64,000 bases of DNA from NCBI GenBank assembly GCA_950097015.1, contig CATNEN010000039.1:4030001-4094000 (forward strand). Direction: 5' to 3'. Shown here piece by piece: positions 23,101-35,500 of this stretch; positions within the stretch are counted from its first letter, which is position 1; each line of letters begins with the position of its first letter. The notes beneath the pieces are model-generated. The model was not told where the DNA came from. It was given only the letters and a program-made list of their open reading frames with translations, and made no database searches. The translations under genes were made by a program, and so were the position numbers. The stretch comes from Macrostomum hystrix. Taxonomy: Eukaryota > Animalia > Platyhelminthes.

Positions 23101-26100
23101 CGTGTTCGCCCTCATCACCAACATCATTGTCACCGCCATGCTCATGCTAGGTGAGCATTCTGCTAGTATAATCCTTAATCTACGAGTTAAAATTGTGCCA
23201 CCAAACAACAAAAAAATTGATCCTAAAAAAACTCCCAATCCCAATCAATAAAATCTGAATCTCTGATCCCTAGTAAAAAACCCTGATTCTCATTAAAAAA
23301 TATTTGATTACAATTCCAAGCAATAAACTCAGATCCCTATTCAATAAACTCATATCCCTATTCAATAAACTAAGATCCCTAGTCAAGAAACTCAAATCCC
23401 TAGTCGATAAGCTCGAATCCTTAATCAAGAAACTCTTATCCCTAGTCAATAAACTCAGATCCCTATTCAATAAACTCAGATCCCTAGTCTATAAACTCAA
23501 ATCCCTAGTCAATAAACTCAGATCCCTATTCAATAAACTCAGATCCCTAGTCTATAAACTCAGATCCCTAGTCTATAAACTTAAATCCCTAGTCAATAAA
23601 CTCAGATCCCTAGTCTATAAACTCAAATCCCTAGTTAATAAACTAAGATCCCTAGTCAATAAACTCAAATCCCTAGTCAATAAACTAAGATCCCTAGTCA
23701 ATAAACTCAAATCCCTAGTCTATAAACTCAGATCCCTAGTCAAAAGCTCCTGTCTTTATCAACAAAAACGAATCCTAGTCACTTAAATTTATTCTTATCA
23801 GTAAAACTCATTACCAATCACCCAGGCGGCACAGCAGTGATGACCAACCTGATCCAGGACTTCTCCATCGAAGTGGGCACCATCATGACCTGCGGCGTGA
23901 TTGCCTGCTACACCTTCATCGGCGGCCTCGGCGCCACCTTCTATGTGAGCTACTTCAACACGGCCATCATCTTTGTGATCATGCTGATTTTCATCATGAA
24001 GATCTACTTTGATCCGAACGCTATGACGGTTGAGAATCCTCTAGGTGAGACTGCTTCCATAGACGCTGGCCTATTGTCAGTTGCAGTATTTTGAATTTTG
24101 AATTTACCTGTCACACCTGTTCACCGGTTCTGATATTCAGAATTTTTTGTTTAACAGTTACGAATTCCGTTTTATTCGGAATTTACCAGTTACACCTGTT
24201 CCAATTTCCTTTCAATATCGAATTCACCTGTAACACCTGTTCTAATTGCCTTCGTGATTCGATATTTACCTGAAGCCTGGCTTTTGAATTGTTATTCTTT
24301 ATTCAACATTCAGGCAGCGCCGATGTCGCCTATGAATACCTGCGCTGCGCCCTGGCTCCTGAGGGCAACTACAACGGCTCCTACCTGACCTTCCTGTCTC
24401 TCGGCGGCCTGATGTTCGGCATTATCAACATCGTCGGCCTATTCGGCACAGTGTTCGTCGACCAGTCCTACTGGCAGTCCAGCGTGGCTGCCAAGCCCAA
24501 GGAGGGCGTCTGGGGCTTCCTGACTGGTGGCCTGGTCTGGTTCGCCGTGCCGTTTGGATTCGCCACCACCACCGGGCTGGCGTACATCTCCCTGAGCGCC
24601 AGGCAGGGCACGCCTCTGCTTACCGCCAGCCAGGTGCGAGCGGCGGGTGGAGCTCATTGGCGTAGGGGGGTTGGCTTAACAAATGGCACAGAAGAATTTT
24701 AAGCGCGTTGATGAGACCAGTAGCGAAGCCCTGACAATACCAGTAATCGAGCAACAAAGAGAACGCGACGAAATTTGGATGAAACTGCTTTATTTATCAT
24801 TTAGTTGCTTCTTAAAATAATTTGAGTATTCGCAGTAAGAGCCAACAAGCGAGCAAAACTTGTTGCTTCAATGAGTTTTAGAAAGCTTCAGTCATGAATA
24901 ATTGATATTCATTTTATTTTCGTTTATCGTTATCATGAAGCAAAGTCACATCATCCACATTTTATCTGATGAACAAGTGCAAAGTACTATCTCTCATTAG
25001 TGGATTTTTCCGTGAAAATCTGCCTTTAATACGAGCGTAAATTATCTTAGAAACTAAGCGTCCCGTCCTTCTTGTGGTCCTTGATCTAAAAGCGCTTAGG
25101 CCAAGAATCAAATATATTAACCAAGTGATAAGGAGGGGGCAGAAGTGTAACACGAGTAGGACGGGCCAGAGGGGGTAAGAGGGTGAAAAGGAGGGGTGAG
25201 GAAAGAGAGACGAACAGCTAGCCAATCAGATACGAGGGAGAGGAAAGAGAAGTGAAGTTTATCTAAGAAGTTGAACAGACAGAGTGAGAGCGGAGAAAGT
25301 ACAATGACGCGCGAGCGTAAACAAGCACAGAGAAAAAAGAGAAGTATTAACAAATCTCAAGTTTATTAATAATCCTCCGACGCAGGCGGGGGGGAACGGC
25401 AGAGCGGTCAAAGCGTTTGCCTCTCGCACCAAGGTCCTTGAGCCCGATTACACGGCGAGGCCAAATTCATTTGGGGCGCAGCCGCGGGGAGATGACTTAA
25501 AAGGGCTTGTCGAACGATTTACGCCCTTGAGGGCCATATGAAAGTAAAAGTGCACACTGCCTGACGATAAGAAAGTCAGGTGAGCGTGTGCTAAGGAGTC
25601 AGCAAAATGGGCAGTATTACCTCCTCGCTGGCAGTGGGTCTGCCTACAGCCCTCCTGCAATTACGGGGATTACTCGTATTATTATTCCTTCACCGTCCCA
25701 GGTTGATGAAGGTCTGGTACCCCCGGTCATTGCGCAACGCCTTCTGGGTCACTCTGGAGAGATCATGCTCGTGACTGCCATCGTCATGGCTATCACTTCC
25801 ACCGGCTCAGCCGAGGTCATGGCTGTGACATCCATCCTGGTCTATGACATCTACGCCATTTATTGGAAGCCCTATCGATCAACCACCGATATGAACACCT
25901 GCATCCTGTGCGGCAGGTGCGCTTGGCGACAATCTGGCACTGCCATTTTTATGATACGTGATTACAATCTGGCCCACTGCCATTTTTATGATACGTGATT
26001 ACAATCTGGCACTGCCATTTTTATGATACGTGATTACAATCTGGCCCACTGCCATTTTTATGATACGTGATTACAATCTGGCACTGCCATTTTTAAGATA

Positions 26101-29071
26101 CGTGATTACAATCTGGCACTGCCATTTTTATGGTTGTTGATTACACTTTGATGTAATAAATGCCAGTTTGATGTTTCAATGCCAGTTTGATGCTTCAATG
26201 CCAGTTTTATGCTTCAATGCCAGTTTGATGCTTCAATGCCAGTTTTATGCTTCAATGCCAGTTTGATGCTTCAATGCCAGTTTGATGCTTCAATGCCAGT
26301 TTGATGCTTCAATGCCAGTTTGATGCTTCAATGGCAGTTTGATGTTTCAGGCAGCGCGGCCGTCTCGCCAGCGTGCGGGACAAGTGCGCCTGCGAGAGCA
26401 TGACCTTCTGCCAGGACTGCGAGCGGGACTCCGTTGAGCGCGCGCAGTGCAAGAGGGCGCTGAAGCCGCCCTACCAGTGCAAGATGCACGGCTCCTATCG
26501 CACCTACAAGGAGTACCTGAACGACCTGAAGAACTGGGGCATCCTCGTGACAATTGTGGCCATTATTCCCCTGACCCTGACGCTCAGCTACATGAGCATC
26601 TCTCTTGGCTGGCTGTTCCTGTTCATGGGTGTGCTCATCGGCTCGGCTGTGGTGCCGGTGACGATGGCATTGTTCTGGACCGGCCTGACTGGCTTCGGCA
26701 TGACCTTCGGCACCCTGTTTGGCACCATCGGCGGCCTCATCAGCTGGCTGGCCTGGGCCTCCACCTATCCGGGAGGCCTGAGTCCGGGAAATTTTATAAA
26801 AAATAGCGGCGAGAATATCCCCATGCTGGTTGGCAACGTGTTCTCCATGGTCATGGGCGCCATCGTGACCTTCATCAGCAGCCTGGTGCACCGCAGGATG
26901 AGGGACTGCCCGCCTGCTGACGAGAGCGTCTGGGAGCTCACCAGGGATGTGGACAATCCGCTGTCACCGTGGACCGAGTTGTACGCTGTGTGAGTGACGG
27001 CTCACTGAGTTCTGTCGCCCTAATGACCTGATCTGTCCCCTAATGACTAGATCTGTCCCCTAATGACTAGATCTGTCCCCTAATGACCTGATCTGTTCCC
27101 TAATGACTAGATCTGTCCCCTAATGACCTGATCTGTCCCCTAATGACCTGATCTGTCCCCTAATGACCTGATCTGTCTCACTAATGACCTGATCTGTCCC
27201 CTAATGACCTGATCTGTCCCCAAATGACTAGATATGTCCCCTAATGACCTGATCTGTCTCACTAATGACCTGATCTGTCCCCTAATGACTAGATCTGTCC
27301 CCTAATGACTAGATCTGTCCCCTAATGACCTGATCTGTTCCCTAATGACTAGATCTGTCCCCTAATGACCTGATCTGTCCCCTAATGACCTGATCTGTCC
27401 CCTAATGACCTGATCTGTCTCACTAATGACCTGATCTGTCCCCTAATGACTAGATCTGTCCCCTAATGACTAGATCTGTCCCCTAATGACCTGATCTGTC
27501 CCCTAATGACCTGATCTGTCCCCTAATGACCTGATCTGTCCCCTAATGACCTGATCTGTCCCCTAATGACTAGATCTGTCCCCTAATGACCTGAACTGTC
27601 CCCCAATGACATGAACTGTCCCGTCCCTCTAATGACCCAGATTGCTTTTATGAACGACCAAATTGTTTTTGAAATACCAAATGGGTCCAATGACCAAATT
27701 AAGGACCAAATGGCTCTTGAATGACAAGTTAATGGTAGGCGCTTTCTCCGCCAAAAAAATCCAACAGCGAGCTGAACCTCACCGGGGCCCACCAGCTGGA
27801 CAAGCGGCCCAGCCTGCGCGAGGTGTCGCACACATTCCGCTACGCCAGGTACATCGCCTTCGTGGGCTCCGTGACTCTGGTCAGCCTCATGATTGTGCTT
27901 TGGCCCGGTGTGATGGCCTCCATTTCAATCCTCAACAAGAGCCAGTTCGGCGTGCTGGTGAGAATGGAACAGAGTGACAGATACTAGGGCGGGGTGACAT
28001 TTAAGGAACAGAGTGACAGATACTAGGGCGGGGTGACATTTAAGGAACAGAGTGACAGATACTAGGGCGGGGTGACATTTAAGGAACAGTATTGTGAAAG
28101 ATAAGAGATCGGAGTGTCATATGTGGAAACGGAGTGACAGATAAGACATCGGAGTGACAGCTGATGGATCGGAGTGACAGATAAGGGGACAGTGTGTCAT
28201 ATGAGGAAATAGATGCGACAGATGCGAAATCGGAGTGACAGATATGAGATCGGAGTGACAGATTTGAGATCGGAGTGACATAAAAGAGATCAAAAGGTTG
28301 TCACTCTGACAGATGGCAAAACAGAGTGACAACGAGTGAACCGGAGTGACATATGAGGAAACCAAGTTAGGAGTGAAGGAGTGACAGGATGACTAAAACG
28401 AAGACAGAATATCAAGACAGTACAGACCATATAATAATAATAATAACTGCAGGAGGGCTGCGGGAAATGACACATCATTTAGTGACACTGGACCCGCAAC
28501 CAGCGAGGAGGCAATTCTGCCCATTTCGCTGACTCCTGAGCAGACACGCACACAGATACTGTACGCTGGCATACACTCACACAGGTGTGTACATCTGCCC
28601 TGACTTTCTCATCATCAGGCAGCGTACACTCTCACTGTGCCTTGGAGGTTGGCCCACAAGGGCGTAAATTGCACGACAAGCCCCCAAGCCTTCTCTCCGC
28701 GGCCGCGCCCCAAGTAAATGTGGCCTCGCCGTGGAATCGAACTTAGGGACCGTGGTACGAGAGGCAAACGCGTAAACCGCTCTGCCACCGACCCCCAGTA
28801 CAGACCATTGTTCACCCGCCATTCCCTTCAGACCATGGTCTCAGCCGTGTGGGCATTTCTAGCGGCCATTTTCATCATCGTGATGCCGCTGGTGAATGAG
28901 GTGATGTCCGTCCTCGAGGTGGTCCGGGACCGACGCAGCGGTGTGGCTCCGTCGCGGGAACCGGCCGCGGCGTCGGCAGCGTCGGAGCCGGAAGCCACGG
29001 CGAGGGCTACTGCGGATGTCGAGGGCATGAAGAAGCCGGACGAAGAAGAAGTTGCTGAGACAGCCGCTTAG
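20182..29071 (+). CDS. DUR3: DUR3-like urea active transporter (sodium:solute symporter family), ~781 aa; exons 20182-20370, 21551-21673, 22940-23150, 23826-24044, 24314-24633, 25702-25916, 26351-26989, 27768-27957, 28832-29071
   Basis: DUR3 motifs [85 protein letters not shown]. All nine exons join GT-AG in phase (2346 nt). Confidence 0.93.
20510..20815. repeat. Intronic 25-bp minisatellite (CTGTGAGTTTTGAAGGCTGATCTGC)
   Basis: About 12 copies in DUR3 intron 1. Confidence 0.95.
21228..21400. repeat. Intronic 22-bp minisatellite (GATTAGCTACCTGTTAGACAAA)
   Basis: About 7 copies in DUR3 intron 1. Confidence 0.9.
21690..22815. repeat. Intronic 18-bp minisatellite (GGGATCTCATCTCTCGTT)
   Basis: Fills DUR3 intron 2. 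Confidence 0.97.
23320..23745. repeat. Intronic 21-bp minisatellite (AATAAACTCAGATCCCTAGTC)
   Basis: About 20 copies in DUR3 intron 3. Confidence 0.95.
25388..25686 (+). mobile_element. tRNA-derived SINE, family B
   Basis: GGCAGAGCGG A-box-like head, body CACGGCGAGGCCA..TTGGGGCGC.GCCGCGG..ATTTACGCCCTTG, and a CCCTCCTGCA..(TAT)n tail. Homologous to 28431-28797 on the minus strand. Confidence 0.7.
25929..26350. repeat. Two adjacent intronic minisatellites: ~35-36-bp (CAATCTGGCACTGCCATTTTTATGATACGTGATTA) then 19-bp (ATGCCAGTTTGATGCTTCA)
   Basis: Together they fill DUR3 intron 6. The last 19-bp unit forms the acceptor. Confidence 0.92.
27018..27620. repeat. Intronic 20-bp minisatellite (TAATGACCTGATCTGTCCCC)
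   Basis: About 30 copies in DUR3 intron 7. Confidence 0.96.
28431..28797 (-). mobile_element. tRNA-derived SINE, family B
   Basis: Minus strand reads GGGGTCGGTGGCAGAGCGG (A box)...GTTCGATTCC (B box)...CAGCCCTCCTGCAG(TTA)n. Confidence 0.75.
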
Positions 29072-29584
29072 ACTCTAGCGGAATGATGAAGCCTGGTGTC
29101 CGAGAGGGCGTTGAATGCGCCACCAGGTGAAACAGGTGAAATCGAATTTTACCTGTCAGCAAGAGGGGCAGTCCAGCTTTTGATGTAGGGAAGCATGACT
29201 CAATTAGTCATTGGTTCTGAGAAAGATAGTTTTATAATACAAGCTAGTGAATATTGTTGTTTATGCTGCAGCAAACTTGCCGACTATTCTACTTATTACA
29301 TTAGACATCAGAAATCTATTTCTTTTTCTGATAGATTTTTTCAGCACTCGTATATTAGCTTTGGCTAGTTTTTATTCGTCTCACATAGCTCGTAGTATTC
29401 TTAGGGCCTTTTCTTTTGTAGAATCCAATCAGAAGTGAGAAACGACTGCCGAAGTTGCAGTCGGTATCGCTGCAGGAAATGTCTGGAATCGTAGCAGAAG
29501 ATTTAAACCCTGAATCGTAGCAAAAATCGTGTCAGGAATCATAACAGGAGCTGAATCTAAATTCAAGCCAGAATTTAATGCCTA

Positions 29585-32500
29585 GAATGGCAGAAGGAGC
29601 TGTATATTTAGAATGGTAGCAGGAGCTGTATATTTAGACTGGCAGCAGGAGCTGTATATTTAGAATGGTAGCAGGAGCTGTATATTTAGACTGGCAGCAG
29701 GAGCTGTATATTTAGACTGGCAGCAGGAGCTGTATATTTAGAATGGCAGCAGGAGCTGTATATTTAGAATGGCAGCAGGAGCTGTATATTTAGAATGGCA
29801 GCAGGAGCTGTATATTTAGCATGGCAGCAGGAGCTGTATATTTAGCATGGCAGCAGGAGCTGTATATTTAGAATGGCAGCAGGAGCTGTATATTTAGACT
29901 GGCAGCAGGAGCTGTATATTTAGAATGGTAGCAGGAGCTGTATATTTAGACTGGCAGCAGGAGCTGTATATTTAGAATGGTAGCAGGAGCTGTATATTTA
30001 GAATGGCAGCAGGAGCTGTATATTTAGACTGGCAGCAGGAGCTGTATATTTAGAATGGCAGCAGGAGCTGTATATTTAGCATGGTAGCAGGAGCTGTATA
30101 TTTAGAATGGCAGCAGGAGCTGTATATTTAGCATGGCAGCAGGAGCTGTATATTTAGCATGGCAGCAGGAGCTGTATATTTAGAATGGCAGCAGGAGCTG
30201 TATATTTAGAATGGCAGCAGGAGCTGTATATTTAGAATGGCAGCAGGAGCTGTATATATAGAATGGTAGCAGGAGCTGTATATTTAGAATGGCAGCAGGA
30301 GCTGTATATTTAGAATGGCAGCAGGAGCTGTATATTTAGAATGGCAGCAGGAGCTGTATATATAGAATGGTAGCAGGAGCTGTATATTTAGAATGGCAGC
30401 AGGAGCTGTATATTTAGCATGGCAGCAGGAGCTGTATATTTAGCATGGCAGCAGGAGCTGTATATTTAGAATGGTAGCAGGAGCTGTATATTTAGAATGG
30501 CAGCAGGAGCTGTATATTTAGAATGGCAGCAGGAGCTGTATATTTAGAATGGCAGCAGGAGCTGTATATATAGAATGGTAGCAGGAGCTGTATATTTAGA
30601 ATGGCAGCAGGAGCTGTATATTTAGAATGGCAGCAGGAGCTGTATATTTAGCATGGCAGCAGGAGCTGTATATTTAGAATGGTAGCAGGAGCTGTATATT
30701 TAGAATGGCAGCAGGAGCTGTATATTTAGAATGGCAGCAGGAGCTGTATATTTAGAATGGCAGCAGGAGCTGTATATTTAGAATGGCAGCAGGAGCTGTA
30801 TATATAGAATGGTAGCAGGAGCTGTATATTTAGAATGGCAGCAGGAGCTGTATATTTAGCATGGCAGCAGGAGCTGTATATTTAGCATGGCAGCAGGAGC
30901 TGTATATTTAGAATGGTAGCAGGAGCTGTATATTTAGAATGGTAGCAGGAGCTGTATATTTAGAATGGCAGCAGGAGCTGTATATTTAGAATCGCAGCAG
31001 GAGCTGTATATTTAGAATGGCAGCAGGAGCTGTATATTTAGAATGGCAGCAGGAGCTGTATATTTAGCATGGCAGCAGGAGCTGTATATTTAGAATGGTA
31101 GCAGGAGCTGTATATTTAGAATGGTAGCAGGAGCTGTATATTTAGAATGGCAGCAGGAGCTGTATATTTAGAATGGCAGCAGGAGCTGTATATTTAGAAT
31201 GGCAGCAGGAGCTGTATATTTAGAATGGCAGCAGGAGCTGTATATTTAGAATGGCAGCAGGAGCTGTATATTCAGAATGGCAGCAGGAGCTGTATATATA
31301 GAATGGTAGCAGGAGCTGTATATTTAGCATGGCAGCAGGAGCTGTATATTTAGAATGGCAGCAGGAGCTGTATATTTAGCATGGCAGCAGGAGCTGTATA
31401 TTTAGCATGGCAGCAGGAGCTGTATATTTAGCATGGTAGCAGGAGCTGTATATTTAGCATGGCAGCAGGAGCTGTATATTTAGAATGGCAGCAGGAGCTG
31501 TATATTTAGAATGGCAGCAGGAGCTGTATATTTAGAATGGCAGCAGGAGCTGTATATTTAGAATGGCAGCAGGAGCTGTATATTTAGAATGGCAGCAGGA
31601 GCTGTATATTTAGAATGGTAGCAGGAGCTGTATATTTAGAATGGTAACAGGAGCTGTATATTTAGAATGGTAGCAGGAGCTGTATATTTAGAATAGCACC
31701 AGGAGCTGTATATTTAGCATGGCAGCAGGAGCTGTATATTTAGAATGGCAGCAGGAGCTGTATATTTAGAATGGTAGCAGGAGCTGTATATTTAGAATGG
31801 TAGCAGGAGCTGTATATTTAGAATGGCAGCAGGAGCTGTATATTTAGCATGGCAGCAGGAGCTGTATATTTAGAATGGTAGCAGGAGCTGTATATTTAGA
31901 ATGGCAGCAGGAGCTGTATATTTAGAATGGTAACAGGAGCTGTATATTTAGAATGGTAGCAGGAGCTGTATATTTAGAATGGCAGCAGGAGCTGTATATT
32001 TAGAATGGCAGCAGGAGCTGTATATTTAGAATGTTAGCAGGAGCTGTATATTTAGAATGGCAGCAGGAGCTGTATATTTAGAATGGCAGCAGGAGCTGTA
32101 TATTTAGAATGGCAGCAGGAGCTGTATATATAGAATGGTAGCAGGAGCTGTATATTTAGAATGGCAGCAGGAGCTGTATATTTAGAATGGCAGCAGGAGC
32201 TGTATATTTAGCATGGCAGCAGGAGCTGTATATTTAGAATGGTAGCAGGAGCTGTATATTTAGAATGGCAGCAGGAGCTGTATATTTAGAATGGCAGCAG
32301 GAGCTGTATATTTAGAATGGCAGCAGGAGCTGTATATATAGAATGGTAGCAGGAGCTGTATATTTAGAATGGCAGCAGGAGCTGTATATTTAGCATGGCA
32401 GCAGGAGCTGTATATTTAGCATGGCAGCAGGAGCTGTATATTTAGAATGGCAGCAGGAGCTGTATATTTAGCATGGCAGCAGGAGCTGTATATTTAGCAT

Positions 32501-35500
32501 GGCAGCAGGAGCTGTATATTTAGCATGGTAGCAGGAGCTGTATATTTAGCATGGCAGCAGGAGCTGTATATTTAGAATGGCAGCAGGAGCTGTATATTTA
32601 GAATGGCAGCAGGAGCTGTATATTTAGAATGGCAGCAGGAGCTGTATATTTAGAATGGCAGCAGGAGCTGTATATTTAGAATGGCAGCAGGAGCTGTATA
32701 TTTAGAATGGCAGCAGGAGCTGTATATTTAGAATGGCAGCAGGAGCTGTATATTTAGAATGGCAGCAGGAGCTGTATATTTAGAATGGCAGCAGGAGCTG
32801 TATATTTAGAATGGCAGCAGGAGCTGTATATTTAGAATGGTAGCAGGAGCTGTATATTTAGAATGGCAGCAGGAGCTGTATATTTAGAATGGCAGCAGGA
32901 GCTGTATATTTAGAATGGCAGCAGGAGCTGTATATTTAGAATGGCAGCAGGAGCTGTATATTTAGAATGGTAGCAGGAGCTGTATATTTAGAATGGCAGC
33001 AGGAGCTGTATATTTAGAATGGTAGCAGGAGCTGTATATTTAGAATGGTAGCAGGAGCTGTATATTTAGAATGGTAGCAGGAGCTGTATATTTAGAATGG
33101 TAGCAGGAGCTGTATATTTAGAATGGTAGCAGGAGCTGTATATTTAGAATGGCAGCAGGAGCTGTATATTTAGAATGGCAGCAGGAGCTGTATATTTAGA
33201 ATGGTAGCAGGAGCTGTATATTTAGAATGGCAGCAGGAGCTGTATATTTAGAATGGTAGCAGGAGCTGTATATTTAGAATGGCAGCAGGAGCTGTATATT
33301 TAGAATGGTAGCAGGAGCTGTATATTTAGAATGGTAGCAGGAGCTGTATATTTAGAATGGCAGCAGGAGCTGTATATTTAGAATGGCAGCAGGAGCTGTA
33401 TATTTAGAATGGCAGCAGGAGCTGTATATTTAGAATGGTAGCAGGAGCTGTATATTTAGAATGGCAGCAGGAGCTGTATATTTAGAATGGTAGCAGGAGC
33501 TGTATATTTAGAATGGTAGCAGGAGCTGTATATTTAGAATGGCAGCAGGAGCTGTATATTTAGAATGGTAGCAGGAGCTGTATATTTAGAATGGCAGCAG
33601 GAGCTGTATATTTAGAATGGTAGCAGGAGCTGTATATTTAGAATGGCAGCAGGAGCTGTATATTTAGAATGGTAGCAGGAGCTGTATATTTAGAATGGTA
33701 GCAGGAGCTGTATATTTAGAATGGCAGCAGGAGCTGTATATTTAGAATGGCAGCAGGAGCTGTATATTTAGAATGGCAGCAGGAGCTGTATATTTAGAAT
33801 GGTAGCAGGAGCTGTATATTTAGAATGGCAGCAGGAGCTGTAAATTTAGAATGGCAGCAGGAGCTGTATATTTAGAATGGTAACAGGAGCTGTATTTTTA
33901 GAATGGTAGCAGGAGCTGTATATTTAGAATGGCAGCAGGAGCTGTATATTTAGCATGGCAGCAGGAGCTGTATATTTAGCATGGCAGCAGGAGCTGTATA
34001 TTTAGAATGGTAGCAGGAGCTGTATATTTAGAATGGTAGCAGGAGCTGTATATTTAGAATGGCAGCAGGAGCTGTATATTTAGCATGGCAGCAGGAGCTG
34101 TATATTTAGAATGGTAGCAGGAGCTGTATATTTAGAATGGCAGCAGGAGCTGTATATTTAGAATGGTAACAGGAGCTGTATATTTAGAATGGTAGCAGGA
34201 GCTGTATATTTAGAATGGCAGCAGGAGCTGTATATTTAGAATGGCAGCAGGAGCTGTATATTTAGAATGGTAGCAGGAGCTGTATATTTAGAATGGCAGC
34301 AGGAGCTGTATATTTAGAATGGCAGCAGGAGCTGTATATTTAGAATGGTAACAGGAGCTGTATATTTAGAATGGTAGCAGGAGCTGTATATTTAGAATGG
34401 CAGCAGGAGCTGTATATTTAGAATGGTAGCAGGAGCTGTATATTTAGAATGGTAGCAGGAGCTGTATATTTAGAATGGCAGCAGGAGCTGTATATTTAGC
34501 ATGGCAGCAGGAGCTGTATATTTAGAATGGTAGCAGGAGCTGTATATTTAGAATGGTAACAGGAGTTGTATATTTAGAATGGTAGCAGGAGCTGTATATT
34601 TAGAATGGCACCAGGAGCTGTATATTTAGCATGGCAGCAGGAGCTGTATATTTAGAATGGTAGCAGGAGCTGTATATTTAGAATGGTAACAGGAGCTGTA
34701 TATTTAGAATGGCAGCAGGAGCTGTATATTTAGCATGGCAGCAGGAGCTGTATATTTAGAATGGTAGCAGGAGCTGTATATTTAGAATGGTAGCAGGAGC
34801 TGTATATTTAGCATGGCAGCAGGAGCTGTATATTTAGCATGGCAGCAGGAGCTGTATATTTAGAATGGTAGCAGGAGCTGTATATTTAGAATGGCAGCAG
34901 GAGCTGTATATTTAGAATGGCAGCAGGAGCTGTATATTTAGAATGGTAGCAGGAGCTGTATATTTAGAATGGTAGCAGGAGCTGTATATTTAGAATGGAA
35001 GCAGGAGCTGTATATTTAGAATGGCAGCAGGAGCTGTATATTTAGCATGGCAGCAGGAGCTGTATATTTAGAATGGTAGCAGGAGCTGTATATTTAGAAT
35101 GGCAGCAGGAGCTGTATATTTAGAATGGTAACAGGAGCTGTATATTTAGAATGGTAGCAGGAGCTGTATATTTAGAATGGCAGCAGGAGCTGTATATTTA
35201 GAATGGCAGCAGGAGCTGTATATTTAGAATGTTAGCAGGAGCTGTATATTTAGAATGGCAGCAGGAGCTGTATATTTAGAATGGCAGCAGGAGCTGTATA
35301 TTTAGAATGGCAGCAGGAGCTGTATATTTAGAATGGCAGCAGGAGCTGTATATATAGAATGGTAGCAGGAGCTGTATATTTAGAATGGCAGCAGGAGCTG
35401 TATATTTAGAATGGCAGCAGGAGCTGTATATTTAGCATGGCAGCAGGAGCTGTATATTTAGAATGGTAGCAGGAGCTGTATATTTAGAATGGCAGCAGGA

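Noticed and set aside
23304-23786. Amphipathic heptad ORF (VNKLRSL)n resembling a coiled-coil or antimicrobial peptide
   Set aside because: It is the 21-bp minisatellite inside DUR3 intron 3; flanking exons splice in phase without it.
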